The notes: a model not told the origin generated them from the letters alone. Shown: positions 18,663 through 30,375, counted from the first letter of the stretch. The stretch is 64,000 nucleotides of DNA from Candidatus Binatia bacterium (GCA_038245295.1 JBBRSP010000002.1:192001-256000), one strand, 5' to 3'. Numbers and translations are program-made.

Positions 18663-19883
18663 ATGAGTAGAATCGTCGTTCTTGGAGGCTGTGGCGCTGT
18701 TGGCAGTGTGGCGGTGAAGACGTTGGCCAACCGGCCCGAGGTATCGCACGTCGTCATCGGCGACATGAACGACGCGCGCGCCAAGGAGCTGATCGCCACT
18801 CTCGGTGCCGAGCGCGTGTCGTTTCGAGCCGTCGACGCCGGTGACACGGCGAGTGTGAAGCAGGCGATTGCGGGCGCCGACCTGGTGCTCAACTGTGTCG
18901 GACCGTTCTACAAGACGGTGAAGACGATTCTTTCCGCCGTGCTCGACGCCGGCATCAACTACGTCGACATCTGCGACGACGTCGATGTCACGCTCGACAT
19001 CCTGAAGATGGACGACGCGGCCAAGCGCGCCGGCATCACGGCGTTGATCGGCATGGGCGCCTCGCCGGGTGTCACCAACCTGCTCGCCAAGTTCATCGCG
19101 GAAACGCAGCTCGACAGCACCGACTCGGTCGACATCTTCCACTGCCACGGCGGTGAAGCGATCGAAGGTCCTGGGGTCATCGGCCACCGCTTCCATTGCA
19201 TGAGCATCGACATTCCGATGTTCCTCGACGGTGAGCTGCGCTACGTGCGCTACTTCGAGCCCGACGGCATCGCGTTGCGTGAGACGTTCGACTTCCCCGT
19301 TCTCGGACCGATGCCCTTGTTCCCCTATCCGCATCCGGAGCAGGTGACGCTGCCGCGTTACTTGAAAGTACGGCAGGTTACCAACAAGGGCTCGGTGATT
19401 CCAATCGAGTATTACCAGCTCACCGCCGAGATGTGCCGCCTCGGCCTCACCAGCAAGGAGCCGCTACAGGTCGGCGGACAATCGATCACGCCGTATGACT
19501 TTGCGACGGCCTTCCTGATCCGCGAGCGTGATCGAATATTGCGTGAGCAGAATTTCGGAATGCAGCGCGGTTGTGTCTCGGTGGTCGTGAAGGGAATCAA
19601 GGCGAGCCAGCCGCGCGAGGTGCGTATCCATATGGCGTCGAGCGCCGGTGGACTCGGTGAAGGTACCGGAATCCCCGCGGCGATTGGGGCGTTGCTGGTC
19701 CTGTCCGGGAAGGCGACGACGCGTGGTGTGATTCCACCGGAGGGTTGCCTCGTGCCGACCGACTTCATCGTATTGGCGGGCGAGATCATGTCGTCGGGAA
19801 TGCATGGCTCCGGGCTTGGGCGCACGCCGCTCCTCGTGGAAATCATCAAGGCCGATGGGTCGGTAGAGAAGATGGAAATGTAG
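18663..19883 (+). CDS. Saccharopine dehydrogenase-like NAD(P)-dependent oxidoreductase
   Basis: VLGGCGAVG Rossmann motif, NCVGPFY, YVDICDD, GASPG, HPEQVTLP. Confidence 0.9.
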   Translation: MSRIVVLGGCGAVGSVAVKTLANRPEVSHVVIGDMNDARAKELIATLGAERVSFRAVDAGDTASVKQAIAGADLVLNCVGPFYKTVKTILSAVLDAGINYVDICDDVDVTLDILKMDDAAKRAGITALIGMGASPGVTNLLAKFIAETQLDSTDSVDIFHCHGGEAIEGPGVIGHRFHCMSIDIPMFLDGELRYVRYFEPDGIALRETFDFPVLGPMPLFPYPHPEQVTLPRYLKVRQVTNKGSVIPIEYYQLTAEMCRLGLTSKEPLQVGGQSITPYDFATAFLIRERDRILREQNFGMQRGCVSVVVKGIKASQPREVRIHMASSAGGLGEGTGIPAAIGALLVLSGKATTRGVIPPEGCLVPTDFIVLAGEIMSSGMHGSGLGRTPLLVEIIKADGSVEKMEM

Positions 19884-20041
19884 GCGGACTGGCGTCCGCC
19901 AGGCGCAGGCATAGGCTTGGGCTGAGGCGGCTTTGCCCATTCATTCAAAGATCGACTGCTGCTCAGCTGACCGCAGGCTGAAGCCTGCGCCTACCACGCT
20001 AAATATGCAGGTGGAATCGAAACCGGTAGGCGCAGGCTTTA

Positions 20042-20198
20042 GAGGCTGTCTCAAAACCTTGCGGAGCCGGCTTCGACAGGCTCAGCCTGAGCGGGTGCTT
20101 GGTTGATTTTCAGCGACATTTTGTCCGCTCGCCCTGAGCCCCGCTCATCCTGAGCTTGTCGAAGGACGAAGGGTGAGCCTATGTTTTGAGACAGCCTC
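20042..20198. mobile_element. 157-bp MITE (16-bp TIR GAGGCTGTCTCAAAAC, TSD TTTA) inserted in the loop of a REP-B
   Basis: ggtaggcgcaggc-TTTA-[element]-TTTA-gcctgcgg; internal cttcgacaggctcag...ctgagcttgtcgaagg palindrome. Confidence 0.9.
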
Positions 20199-20329
20199 TT
20201 TAGCCTGCGGAGTGTTCCGACGCGGATTGTTGGGCAAAGCCGGCACGATCTGAGCCTGAGCCCAAGCCTATGCCCCAGCCTTCGGATCGGGGTGGACGCC
20301 CCGACCCGATTGTGGGTACACCACCCCGC

Positions 20330-21343
20330 ATGATCAACGCCGAGGCGGCGGCCGTCGCGGCAGCGAATTTGGCGCGGTACCAACCTGGGCAGCGCGCCGG
20401 TCACTACGAGAGTTACTTCGTCCGCGCCAATCACCCGACGCGCCGGCTGGCGTTCTGGATTCGCTACACCCTGTTCAGTCCGCATCAGCGCCCTGAACAC
20501 GCCATCGGCGAGTTATGGGCTGTGTGTTTCGATGGCGAGCGTAGTGTTCATGTGGCGGCCAAATCGGAACTGCCGATGGCGCAGTGTTCTTTTGACTGCC
20601 ACGCTTTTCATGCTCGCATCGGCACAGCCGAGCTTGCCCCTGGGCGCTTGCAAGGCAAAGCAACCTCGGGCCTACACGGAATCACCTGGGATCTGACCTT
20701 TAGCGGCGCTGCGGCGCCGCTGTTTCTGCTGCCGCACAAGATGTACGAGGCTTCGTTACCAAAGGCGAAGACCCTGGTGCCATTACCCTTGGCGCATTTT
20801 TGCGGCGCGCTGTCTGTCGACGGAACCGCGCTTGCCATCGACGATTGGGTCGGCAGTCAGAATCATAACTGGGGCACGAAGCACACGGATCTGTACGCGT
20901 GGGGCCAGGTGGCCGGTTTCGACTCGCATCCACAGAGTTTTCTCGAAGTGGCAACGGCGCGCGTTAAACTCGGACCGCTGTGGACACCGCCCCTGACGCC
21001 GATGGTGTTGCGACACGATGGTCGCCAACACGCACTCACGGCGACCGGCCAGGCCTTTAGAGCCCGCGGCGAGTGGCGCTACTTTGATTGGCAATTCGCC
21101 AGCGAGAATGATGAGGTTCGCATCGAAGGCGAGATTCGCGCGCCGCGCGAGGCTTTCGTCGGCCTGCGTTATTACAACCCACCGGGTGGCGAGAAGCATT
21201 GCCTCAACAGTAAGATCGCCGCGTGTGAGGTGACCTTGGCGCACAAGCGCGGTGGCCACGTGGAAAGGCTGACGACGGCAAATCGGGCGGCCTTCGAGAT
21301 CCTTACCGACGCGCGCGATCATGGGATCAAGATTGAAGCGTAA
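20330..21343 (+). CDS. Hypothetical protein, tocopherol-cyclase-like
   Basis: GHYESYF, AFWIRYT, GSQNHNWG, YAWGQ. Confidence 0.65.
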   Translation: MINAEAAAVAAANLARYQPGQRAGHYESYFVRANHPTRRLAFWIRYTLFSPHQRPEHAIGELWAVCFDGERSVHVAAKSELPMAQCSFDCHAFHARIGTAELAPGRLQGKATSGLHGITWDLTFSGAAAPLFLLPHKMYEASLPKAKTLVPLPLAHFCGALSVDGTALAIDDWVGSQNHNWGTKHTDLYAWGQVAGFDSHPQSFLEVATARVKLGPLWTPPLTPMVLRHDGRQHALTATGQAFRARGEWRYFDWQFASENDEVRIEGEIRAPREAFVGLRYYNPPGGEKHCLNSKIAACEVTLAHKRGGHVERLTTANRAAFEILTDARDHGIKIEA

Positions 21344-21367
21344 AGAAGGAGTTGCTCCCTGGGGGAG

Positions 21368-22876
21368 ATGCTGACCGACATCTCCAACGTCCTCACGGCT
21401 GTCTGGTGGATCAACTACATCGTCCTGCCGGTGGCGGCGCTGGTGTGACGGTGCACGATGGCCCATCGCTGCCGCCCGGTTAGATCATTGCGCCGACCGT
21501 CGGTGAGTTGGTGGCGCAGCGCGACACGTACCACGACAACTTTCAGGATCCGGAGCGCTTTTTGAAGGCCGGTGGTTTTCGCGGCCGTCAGCTGCAGGTG
21601 CTGGCTGAAGGGACCTATTCCATCAATCGTCTATTCGCGACCGTCGAGATGATCCCCAAGGCAGTCATCGAGGTCGGTAACGTCGGCGTGGTGATTTCGT
21701 ACACGGGCGAGCTCGGCGCCGATGTGTCAGGCGACGATTACCGCCACGGCGAGTGGGTTGGCACCGGGCACCGTGGTGTGTGGCGCGAGCCGATGTTGCC
21801 CGGCAAGTATGCTTTCAATACCTACGCCGGCAGCATCCTGTCGGTACCGACAACCAACTTCATCCTCAAGTGGAATCGCGCGAAACCGGCTCGCATCGCT
21901 ACGACGAGAACCTTGCCGAGGTGTCGCTGATCACCAAGGGCGAGTTCGAACCGTCGTTGCCGCTCTCCGTGGTGGTGCACAACAGAAGGCGCCGCTGGTG
22001 GTGCAGCATTTCGGCGACATCAAACGTTTGGTCGAGCAGACACTCGATCCCATGGTGTCGGCGTACTTCAAGAACGTGGCGCAGACACGCACGCTCATTC
22101 AATTGCTGCAGGACCGTGCCGACATCCAGAGGCAATCCGGATTGGAAATGAAATCGAAGTTCGCGCACTACAACCTCGAGCTCGAAGAGGTGCTGATTGG
22201 AACGCCGACGGCGGGCAAGGTCGGCAGTCAGATGGAGCAGATCCTCAATCAGTTGCGCTCGCGACAGATCGCCGAGGAGCAGGTCGAGACCTACAACCGT
22301 CAGGAGCGCGCCGCGGTGAAGGAGCGCGAGCTGCGCGAGGCCGAGTCGCGTGCCAAACAGCAGACCGCCATCACCGAGTCGGAGCTGTCGATTGCGATTC
22401 AGACCAACCAGGGCAAAGCCGAGTATGCGCGCGCCCAGCAGCAGGCGGCGCAGATCCAGGCGATCGCCACGGCGGATGCCGAACGCATCCGCATCATGGG
22501 TGAAGGCGAAGCCAAGAAGACCCTGGCGTTGGCACACGCCGAAGCGGAACGCGCGGCGCGTGTCGGTATCGCGCAAGCGATGGCGATCGAAGAGCAGGTG
22601 CGAGCCTACGGCGGGCCGCGCTTGCAGCTGACGCAGCAGGTGATGAACCGCTTTGCCGAAGCGATTCAGCAATCGCGCGTCGATGTGGTTCCGAAGATCG
22701 TCATCGGTGGTAGCAACGGCAGCGATCCGAACGGCGGCGGCAACGTGTTGCAAGCGTTGCTGGCGATGCTGCTGTCGGACAAGGTCGGTCTCGATCTCAG
22801 CACCGTCGCCGCACCGACGAGTCCGGAGGTGCAGGCGATGCGCGACGACATCAAGGCGCGCATGACGCCGACATGA
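21368..22876 (+). pseudogene. SPFH/flotillin-domain protein pseudogene
   Basis: Short TM start, internal deletion, TAG at 21481, frameshifts near 21880 and 21981; FQDPE.FL..GG.RGRQ, PGKYAFN and a coiled-coil tail. Confidence 0.85.
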
Positions 22877-23221
22877 GCGGGTGCACGGCCCGCCCGAAGG
22901 CGGGAGGTGTCGGCCGCCCCAAGGCGGGTGTCAGAATGCACGGCAAACGCGGTTCTTTGACGGCCCTCTGCGCGAATCCCCGTCCGGTAGACCCTCAATT
23001 TCGAAGAAACTCCTTATTTTTCAATAGGTCATTCCGAGAATCGCCGAAAAACGTTGAGTTTGGGTACGTAGGTAAGGTCATCCGGGAGGCTGGGACGCGA
23101 TCCTGGGGCTTCCTGGTGCGTCGTATGAGCGATGTTGCCAGAGGTAAATCCAGATTATCCGACATGGGAGGCTTCTGGATAGGAGAGGTCTACGCCGGTC
23201 GCCGCGGGTGCTGATTTTTGG

Positions 23222-23337
23222 ACTCGATCGGGCCCGGCAGGCGAGAGCGTGTCTTCCTCAGCGCGGCTCGCGCCAAGGCGGCGATCGGCGTTTCGTACAT
23301 GTCGAGGAAGTCTTCCAGCTGCGCTTCGGGCGTAGCG
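23222..23337 (-). pseudogene. Gene fragment (DUF1801-like N-terminus)
   Basis: Minus-strand translation ATPEAQLEDFLDMYETPIAALARAALRKTRSRLPGPIE, then abrupt loss of coding character. Confidence 0.45.
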
Positions 23338-23466
23338 ATCCCCGTGGAGTCACGCCTTATGATCAAGCGATGCGGATACCAAGCGTTGCCCGTGCCCCCG
23401 CCCCTGCCTGAACGCGGGCGGAGGCACGGGCGCGGGAGCTATGCGATGGACCGGAGCGCACGTGGT

Positions 23467-23817
23467 TCATCGCGTCGGTGACAAGGCGACGATCTCCTCG
23501 CCGCGCTGCTCGAGCCGCACTCGGATCAGCACCTTGCCGCAGGGCGGGCCGGAGACACACTCACCGCTGTCTGGTTCGTAGTAGGCGCCGTGTGTGGCGC
23601 ACATGAGGTAACGCTTGTCCTCAGTGAAGAATTGGTTGTCTATCCAATCCATGGTCATCGGCACGTGCATGCAGCGATTGACGTAGGCGTGCAACTCGCC
23701 GGCGTAATTGACGATCAGGCATTCCTCTTCCTGACCATCGACCTCGAGCATGAACTTCTTGGTGGTTCCCGGAGCCAGCTCGCCGACTCGCGTTACGAGG
23801 ACCTCGCTTCTCACCAT
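23467..23817 (-). CDS. Rieske [2Fe-2S] ferredoxin
   Basis: NRCMH and CATHGA motifs, GPPC; start could also be 23856. Confidence 0.92.
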   Translation of the reverse strand: MVRSEVLVTRVGELAPGTTKKFMLEVDGQEEECLIVNYAGELHAYVNRCMHVPMTMDWIDNQFFTEDKRYLMCATHGAYYEPDSGECVSGPPCGKVLIRVRLEQRGEEIVALSPTR

Positions 23818-23917
23818 GCCTCCGCTGGGGCGCTGCGGAGCGGCGCGCTTCGCCAATGCGTTACCGAACCAAGCCGGAGTGCGGCGCTCTCGCGGCGCCT
23901 GTCAGACGTCGAAATGC

Positions 23918-24853
23918 TCATCGCGCCAGACGCTCCAGCGCATCAACGATCGGGATTTCCAGGCGCGTGTGCGACATCTGGTTGATCTGACGCACGGCGG
24001 AAGGACTGGTGATGTTGACCTCGGTAAGCCAGCCGTCGATCACGTCAATCCCCGCGATGGTGATCCGGTGCCGCGCCAGGATGGGCTGCAGCGCCGCCAC
24101 CAATTCGAGCTCACGCGAGGTGATCTCGGTGGCAACTACCGTTGCCCCCTGGTGAATGTTGGCGAGATGCTGCGGCGACTTGGGGATACGATTCACCGCG
24201 CCAATGGCTTCACCCTCGAGGACGATGATGCGTTTGTCACCGGCCGCGACACCTTCCAGGTAGCGCTGGGCCACCACGACCTGATCCGGCTTGGCGCCAC
24301 AGTAGGATCGGATGGTTGCCGCGTCCGCGCTGCCGACAACCAGGATGCCGCGGCCGCTGCAATCACTGAGGGGTTTCATCACGATCCGCTGATGTTCGGC
24401 GGCGAATTGACACAACTCTCCGGGATCACTGGTAATTAGCGTCGGTGGTGTCCACGTCGGCAGCTCCAGCGCCAGCAGCTTTTCGTTCAGCGAGCGCAGT
24501 GCCAGAGGGTCGTTGACGACGGTGGTCTCGCGCGCCGCATGTTCGAGGATATACGTGGCCGCCACGTAGGCGGCATCGACCGGCGGATCCTTGCGCATGA
24601 GGATGAGATCGACCTCGTGAGCCGCCAACCGCTGGGGTTCGCCGACCCGATACGGCGGTGTCCCCCCCAGGTCCACCTCGATCGGCCGTACTCGGAAGCA
24701 GGCACCGCGTTCGGTCAACGAAAGATCCGGTAAGGTGGCAATAAAACAGGCGTTACCGCGATGCTGCAGCTCCTGGGCCAGTAACAAGGACGTCTCCGTC
24801 TCCAGATTGAGATTCGCCAACGGGTCGATGACGAAGAGAAAACGCCTCCCCAT
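23918..24853 (-). CDS. gshB: Glutathione synthetase (ATP-grasp)
   Basis: MRKDPP, NEKL, GDKRI, GIDVI, TEVNITSP. Confidence 0.88.
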   Translation of the reverse strand: MGRRFLFVIDPLANLNLETETSLLLAQELQHRGNACFIATLPDLSLTERGACFRVRPIEVDLGGTPPYRVGEPQRLAAHEVDLILMRKDPPVDAAYVAATYILEHAARETTVVNDPLALRSLNEKLLALELPTWTPPTLITSDPGELCQFAAEHQRIVMKPLSDCSGRGILVVGSADAATIRSYCGAKPDQVVVAQRYLEGVAAGDKRIIVLEGEAIGAVNRIPKSPQHLANIHQGATVVATEITSRELELVAALQPILARHRITIAGIDVIDGWLTEVNITSPSAVRQINQMSHTRLEIPIVDALERLAR

Positions 24854-24973
24854 GGGGCAGAGTTACCGCAGTGGCAACGCCGACGCCATAATCGGCGCGG
24901 TTTTCCGCCAACTATCGTGCTTGTGAGTTCGCCGGGGATCGGTTACCAACGGCCGCCTAAGGAGATCTCTGCC

Positions 24974-27142
24974 ATGCGCCTGCGGTTTGTCGCGCTTCTT
25001 GCGACTGCGTTGTCCCTCTGTTCACTGTCGTTGGCTTCCGTTGCCCCGGCGCAATGCGTCGGTGACTGCAACGGCAGCGGCGAGGTGACGGTCGACGAGA
25101 TCATCCTCGGGGTAAACATCGCCCTCGGCAGCTTGCCGGCATCGGCATGTGTACCCTTCGACCACAATGGCGACGGCGAAGTTACGATCGACGAGATTCT
25201 CGTTGCCGTGAACAACACGCTGGTCGGATGCACGGCGGTTACACCGACGCCGACGCCGACCGGGGATCAGGGCTGGTCGTTCCAGAACCCGTCACCGAGT
25301 GGTGAAGATTTTTACGCCATGAGTTTCATCAGTCCCACCGTTGGCTGGGTCGGCGGCGGATTCTCCGAGATGGAAAAGACGACGGATGGTGGTCAGACCT
25401 GGGAGTCGCAGTTCATCGAGGACGAGTTCAACATCTTCGGTGTCAAGTTTGTCGACGCGTTCAACGGCTGGGCCGTCGGCGAGTTCGGCGAGATCTACCA
25501 CACCAGCGATGGCGGGACGAATTGGGTCGCGCAGCAGAGCAACGTCGAAGATGACCTGACGGGTGTCTCGTTCGTCGACTTCAATAACGGTTGGGCTGTC
25601 GGCATCGGTGGACTGATCCTGCACACGAGCGATGGCGGCGGGGTGTGGTCGCCGCAGAACAGCAACTCGTCGCGCGATATCAATGCGGTGTACTTCGTCG
25701 ATCTCAACAACGGCTGGGCGGTCGGCGCCCGCGGCCTCATTTTGCACACGAACAACGGTGGGCAGACCTGGGCCTCGCAAATCAGCCCGACCGGTAACGC
25801 CCTGTTCGCCGTGACCTTCACCGATTCACAGCGCGGCATCGCCGTCGGCGACAACGGCGTGATCGCCCGCACCATCAACGGTGGCACGACCTGGACCAAT
25901 CAAACCGCGCCGATCGTCACGTCGCTGCTAGGCGTCGGCTTCAGCGGCCCGGCGAATGGCTGGATCGTCGGCGACATCGACAGCGACTCCGGCGAGGCAG
26001 TGATCCTGCGCACCACGGATGGCGGCGATCACTGGGTGGCGCAAGACAGTTTGAACGACAATGCAATCTACGCGGTGCAGCCGTTCGACGGAAACACCGT
26101 GATGGCCGTCGGCGGCGGCGGGTCCCTGCTGCGTACGACGAATAGCGGCGGCGACTGGACGCTGTTGAATCCCGCCAGCACCAACGAAATGTTCGCGATC
26201 GCCTTCGCGCCCGGTAACGCCGACGCCGGCATCAGCGTCGGCGACTGGGGGGCGATCTCGACGACGACCGATGCTGGTGTGACATGGACCGGCCGCGATT
26301 CCGGAACCAACGAAGGTCTATTTGGTGTCAGTGTCGTCGACCCGCAAACGGCGTGGGTGGCCGGTGGTACCGGAACGATCCTTGTAACTCGTGACGGTGG
26401 TGTGAACTGGGCTGCGCAAACGACGGCGACGGAAAACTCGCTGTTCGCCCTGAAATTCGTAAACGCCAACAACGGCTGGGCCGTCGGTGAGAACGGAACC
26501 ATCTTGGTTACGGGCGACGGCGGCACCCAGTGGGCGCCGCAGACCAGCAATACCAGCAATGCGCTGAATGCCGTCTCTTTCGTCGACACGCAAAATGGTT
26601 GGGCCGTCGGTGATAGCGGTACCATCGTGCATACGAGTAATGGCGGCCAGACCTGGGCGATACAGAACAGCGCGACCCAGGAGACGCTCTATGCCGTCTC
26701 CTGCGCCGACGCGCAGAATTGCTTTGCGGTGGGCGGCACTCCGGACGACACGGCGCCGACACAACTGATCCTGCATACGACGAACGGCGGCACAACGTGG
26801 ACGTCGCAAGCCGTCTCGTGCACGACCGACTGTCCCGATCCGTTGTTCTCCGTCTACGCGATCGATGCGAATCGGGCTTGGGCGTCGGGCGACTTCGGGT
26901 TGATCCTGGTGACGTCGAACGGCGGAACGAAGTGGGAGTTCCAGGACAGTGGCGGCCTCGACGCGCTGGATGGGATCTACTTCGTCGATGCGAACAACGG
27001 CTATGCCGTTGGTGCGCGCGGTACGATCATCAACACGACGAATGGCGGTTACGATGCGACGACTACCGCGGCGGTGCTGGCGAACGCGTCACTCGGCGTA
27101 GGCTTCGAGCGTACGCCGCGCGCGCGACACCCCGCTCAGTAA
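24974..27142 (+). CDS. Secreted YCF48-like BNR-repeat beta-propeller with N-terminal dockerin/EF-hand-like domain
   Basis: Signal peptide; [15 protein letters not shown] and [14 protein letters not shown] linker; about 14 repeats of F.D...GWAVG..G.I..T.DGG..W. Confidence 0.85.
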   Translation: MRLRFVALLATALSLCSLSLASVAPAQCVGDCNGSGEVTVDEIILGVNIALGSLPASACVPFDHNGDGEVTIDEILVAVNNTLVGCTAVTPTPTPTGDQGWSFQNPSPSGEDFYAMSFISPTVGWVGGGFSEMEKTTDGGQTWESQFIEDEFNIFGVKFVDAFNGWAVGEFGEIYHTSDGGTNWVAQQSNVEDDLTGVSFVDFNNGWAVGIGGLILHTSDGGGVWSPQNSNSSRDINAVYFVDLNNGWAVGARGLILHTNNGGQTWASQISPTGNALFAVTFTDSQRGIAVGDNGVIARTINGGTTWTNQTAPIVTSLLGVGFSGPANGWIVGDIDSDSGEAVILRTTDGGDHWVAQDSLNDNAIYAVQPFDGNTVMAVGGGGSLLRTTNSGGDWTLLNPASTNEMFAIAFAPGNADAGISVGDWGAISTTTDAGVTWTGRDSGTNEGLFGVSVVDPQTAWVAGGTGTILVTRDGGVNWAAQTTATENSLFALKFVNANNGWAVGENGTILVTGDGGTQWAPQTSNTSNALNAVSFVDTQNGWAVGDSGTIVHTSNGGQTWAIQNSATQETLYAVSCADAQNCFAVGGTPDDTAPTQLILHTTNGGTTWTSQAVSCTTDCPDPLFSVYAIDANRAWASGDFGLILVTSNGGTKWEFQDSGGLDALDGIYFVDANNGYAVGARGTIINTTNGGYDATTTAAVLANASLGVGFERTPRARHPAQ

Positions 27143-28103
27143 TAATTGCGGTGATCAACTCATTCGGCGTTACATCGAACGCCGGGTTGAGGATTTCCAC
27201 ACCGGCAGCGGCGACGCGACGCGCGCCGATGTGGGTCACCTCGCGTGGATTGCGACTCTCGATCGGGATGTGGTCGCCGTTCGGGCAATCGAGATCGATG
27301 GTCGACGTCGGCGCCGCCACATAGAACGGCACGCCGTGGCGCTGCGCCAACACGGCTAGCGTGTAGGTACCAATCTTGTTCGCCACATCGCCGTTGGCGG
27401 CAACGCGGTCGGCGCCGACAATGACACATTGGATCCCGTGTGTACGCATGACGTGGCCGGCCATGTTGTCGGTGATCAGCGTCGTCGGAATGCCTTCCTT
27501 CTGAAGCTCCCAGGCCGTCAATCGCGCTCCCTGCAGAAACGGGCGGGTTTCATTGGCGATGACGTTGACGTTCTTGCCGGCATCATGCGCCGCGCGCACA
27601 ACGCCCAGCGCCGTGCCGAAGCCGGCGGTCGCCAGAGCCCCGGCGTTGCAGTGGGTCATGATGGTGGCGTTGCGCGGCACCAGCCGCGCCCCGTGTTGTC
27701 CCATGGCGCGATTCGCCGCGATATCTTCGCGATGGATCAACTTGGCCTCGCGTAGCAACGCCGCGGCGATCTTGGCGGCGTCTCGCCCGCGCACCGTGGC
27801 GTAGACCTGGCGCATGCGTTCAATGGCCCAGAACAGATTGACGGCGGTCGGGCGTGTTGCCCCGAGGGTTTGACAAATCGTCTCGAACACGGCGTCGGGG
27901 TTGCGGCTACGCCGCTGCATGCCGAGCGCGATGCCGAACGCCGCCGCCACACCAATCGCCGGCGCGCCACGCACGACCATCGTGCGGATGGCCCGCGCCA
28001 CGCCACGATAGTCGTGGTAGGTCTGGTACTCCTCGCGTCCCGGCAAAACCCGCTGATCGATCATCACCACAGCGCCCTTGCGCCATTCGACTGTGCGAAT
28101 CAT
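27063..28103 (-). CDS. mtnA: S-methyl-5-thioribose-1-phosphate isomerase
   Basis: [44 protein letters not shown]. Confidence 0.96.
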   Translation of the reverse strand: MIRTVEWRKGAVVMIDQRVLPGREEYQTYHDYRGVARAIRTMVVRGAPAIGVAAAFGIALGMQRRSRNPDAVFETICQTLGATRPTAVNLFWAIERMRQVYATVRGRDAAKIAAALLREAKLIHREDIAANRAMGQHGARLVPRNATIMTHCNAGALATAGFGTALGVVRAAHDAGKNVNVIANETRPFLQGARLTAWELQKEGIPTTLITDNMAGHVMRTHGIQCVIVGADRVAANGDVANKIGTYTLAVLAQRHGVPFYVAAPTSTIDLDCPNGDHIPIESRNPREVTHIGARRVAAAGVEILNPAFDVTPNELITAIITERGVARAAYARSLRRVTRSPAPPR

Positions 28104-28398
28104 GGGGCGCAGCTTCGCTGCCTGCTTCTCTAAATGCAATCACAGCGGGGCCGCCAGCCCGGCGAAGGGCTGACCGTCGATCAAGATCAGCGCCATGTTT
28201 GTTCCCCCTCTCCCATACGGTGAGCCAGCAGCACTCCAATTCCTGAGGAGTGCAGCCTTGCCGAGCCTTGCCGCAATGTGACGGCGCGACGCTCTTGGTC
28301 CCGCAAAGTGCAAAGGGCGGATGGTGGGACCACTGCAATTCGCAATGGTCGTCCGGGTTCCGCAATCGCTTCTAGATGACCGATGCCGCCCAGTCTTC

Positions 28399-28415
28399 TT
28401 GGACTCGATCTTGCT
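28399..28415 (+). promoter_or_regulatory. Putative sigma-54 (-24/-12) promoter of the kdp operon
   Basis: TTGGACTCGATCTTGCT = GG-N10-GC with TTGC, 45 bp before the first ORF; a GAFTGA-type activator is linked. Confidence 0.7.
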
Positions 28416-28460
28416 CCCCTCAAGATGATCGCGGGCACTTGAGCCCCCGAAGGAGGTTGT

Positions 28461-28544
28461 GTGCTGGATCTCATCTTCATTGTGGTCACGGTTGGATTCT
28501 TCGCGATTGCGTGGGTCTACGTGCGCAGTTGCGACTCACTGTAG
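28461..28544 (+). CDS. 27-aa membrane peptide upstream of kdpF
   Basis: AGGAGG RBS then GTG; MLDLIFIVVTVGFFAIAWVYVRSCDSL*; absent from the ORF track. Confidence 0.8.
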   Translation: MLDLIFIVVTVGFFAIAWVYVRSCDSL

Positions 28545-28554
28545 GGGACGGCCA

Positions 28555-28644
28555 ATGACTCTCGAATATGGCATCGGCGCAATCGTCGCCGTGATTCTCA
28601 CCATCTATCTTCTTTACGCCCTGATCCGGCCGGAACGGTTCTAG
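28555..28644 (+). CDS. kdpF: K+-transporting ATPase subunit F
   Basis: MTLEYGIGAIVAVILTIYLLYALIRPERF; YLxYALxxPExF signature. Confidence 0.93.
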   Translation: MTLEYGIGAIVAVILTIYLLYALIRPERF

Positions 28645-28653
28645 GAGTCGGTC

Positions 28654-30375
28654 ATGAGTCTCAATGGTTGGCTTCAGATTCTCGTCTTCTCCCTGGTGAT
28701 CTTGGCGGTGACGAAGCCGCTTGGCATCTACATGTTCCGCGTCTTCGAAGGCGAAGAGCGGCCTTGGCCGCGGATATTCGGACCTTGCGAACGAGCCCTG
28801 TATCGGCTGTGTGGCGTTGATCCGCGGGCCGAGCAAAGTTGGCAGGAGTACTCTGTCGCGTTGCTCGTCTTCAGCGCCATGGGAGTGCTCGTCACCTACG
28901 GTTTCGAGCGCCTGCAGCAGGTGTTGCCGCTCAATCCGCAGGGCTTCGATGCAGTGCCGCCCGAGCTCGCCTTCAATACGGCAGCCAGCTTCACGACGAA
29001 CACCAACTGGCAAGCCTACAGCGGCGAATCAACGATGAGCTACCTGACCCAGATGGCTGGGTTGGCTTGGCATAACTTCACGTCGGCGGCGGTCGGCATC
29101 GGTGTTGCCCTGGTGATCGCTCGTGGCCTGACGCGGCAGTTGCGACCCGACGCGCCGCGGACGATCGGCAACTTTTGGGTCGATGTCATCCGCGCCATTC
29201 TATACATTCTGCTGCCGCTGTGTATTCCCATCGCGTTGGCACTGGTCGCTGCGGGGCTGATCCAGAACTTCGCCCCCTACCTCGAGCTGACGACGCTCGA
29301 GGGCGTTAAGCAAACACTGGCGATGGGGCCGGTGGCTTCGCAGGAAGCCATCAAAGAGTTGGGGACCAACGGCGGCGGTTTCTTCAACGCCAACAGCGCC
29401 CACCCCTTTGAAAGCCCGACGCCGTTGACCAACTTCCTCGAAATGGTGCTGATCTTCACGATTCCGGCCGCCCTTACCTACACGTTCGGCCGCATGGCGC
29501 GCGACCAGAAGCAGGGATGGACCCTGTTCGCGGCGATGGCCGTCTTGTTCCTGGTCGGTGTGGGGGTCGCCTACAACGCCGAGGCCGGTGGCAATCCTGT
29601 CGTCAGCGGTCTGGCGGTGGACCAAACCGCCGGCAACATGGAGGGGAAGGAAACCCGCTTCGGGATCGCCAACTCGGCCCTCTTCGCCACCGTCACCACC
29701 GACGCGTCGTGCGGCGCCGTCAACTCGATGCACGATAGCTTCACGCCGCTCGGCGGCCTGGTGCCGCTGGTCAACATCCAGCTTGGCGAGGTCATCTTCG
29801 GCGGCGTTGGTGCGGGTCTGTATGGCATGCTGGTCTTCGCACTCCTCGCCGTGTTCATCGCCGGCCTCATGGTCGGTCGTACGCCTGAATATCTCGGCAA
29901 GAAGATCGAGCAGCGCGAGATCAAGCTGGCGATGTTTTATGTCCTGATCTTCCCGCTGATCATTCTCGGCTTCTCCGGATGGGCGGCCGTCTCGGACTTC
30001 GCGACGTCGTCGCTGAACAACGCCGGCCCACACGGGCTCAGCGAGATCCTCTATGCCTTCACGAGCGGCACCGGGAACAACGGCTCGGCGTTTGCGGGCC
30101 TTAATGCAAATACCTCGTGGTGGAACACGACGCTTGGCTTGTCGATGCTGGCTGGGCGCTTTCTGATGATCATTCCGGTGATGGCGATCGCCGGTTCGCT
30201 GGTTGGGAAGAAGGTGGTGCCGCCTTCCCTCGGTACGTTCCCTACCGACGGAGGTCTGTGGGTTGGGTTGCTGGTTGGCGTCATCGTCATCGTCGGCGCG
30301 CTCACCTTCTTCCCGGCACTCTCCTTGGGTCCGATCGTCGAGCACTTCCTGGCTCAAAACGGCAAGCTCTTTTAG
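28654..30375 (+). CDS. kdpA: K+-transporting ATPase subunit A
   Basis: [27 protein letters not shown]. Confidence 0.98.
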   Translation: MSLNGWLQILVFSLVILAVTKPLGIYMFRVFEGEERPWPRIFGPCERALYRLCGVDPRAEQSWQEYSVALLVFSAMGVLVTYGFERLQQVLPLNPQGFDAVPPELAFNTAASFTTNTNWQAYSGESTMSYLTQMAGLAWHNFTSAAVGIGVALVIARGLTRQLRPDAPRTIGNFWVDVIRAILYILLPLCIPIALALVAAGLIQNFAPYLELTTLEGVKQTLAMGPVASQEAIKELGTNGGGFFNANSAHPFESPTPLTNFLEMVLIFTIPAALTYTFGRMARDQKQGWTLFAAMAVLFLVGVGVAYNAEAGGNPVVSGLAVDQTAGNMEGKETRFGIANSALFATVTTDASCGAVNSMHDSFTPLGGLVPLVNIQLGEVIFGGVGAGLYGMLVFALLAVFIAGLMVGRTPEYLGKKIEQREIKLAMFYVLIFPLIILGFSGWAAVSDFATSSLNNAGPHGLSEILYAFTSGTGNNGSAFAGLNANTSWWNTTLGLSMLAGRFLMIIPVMAIAGSLVGKKVVPPSLGTFPTDGGLWVGLLVGVIVIVGALTFFPALSLGPIVEHFLAQNGKLF

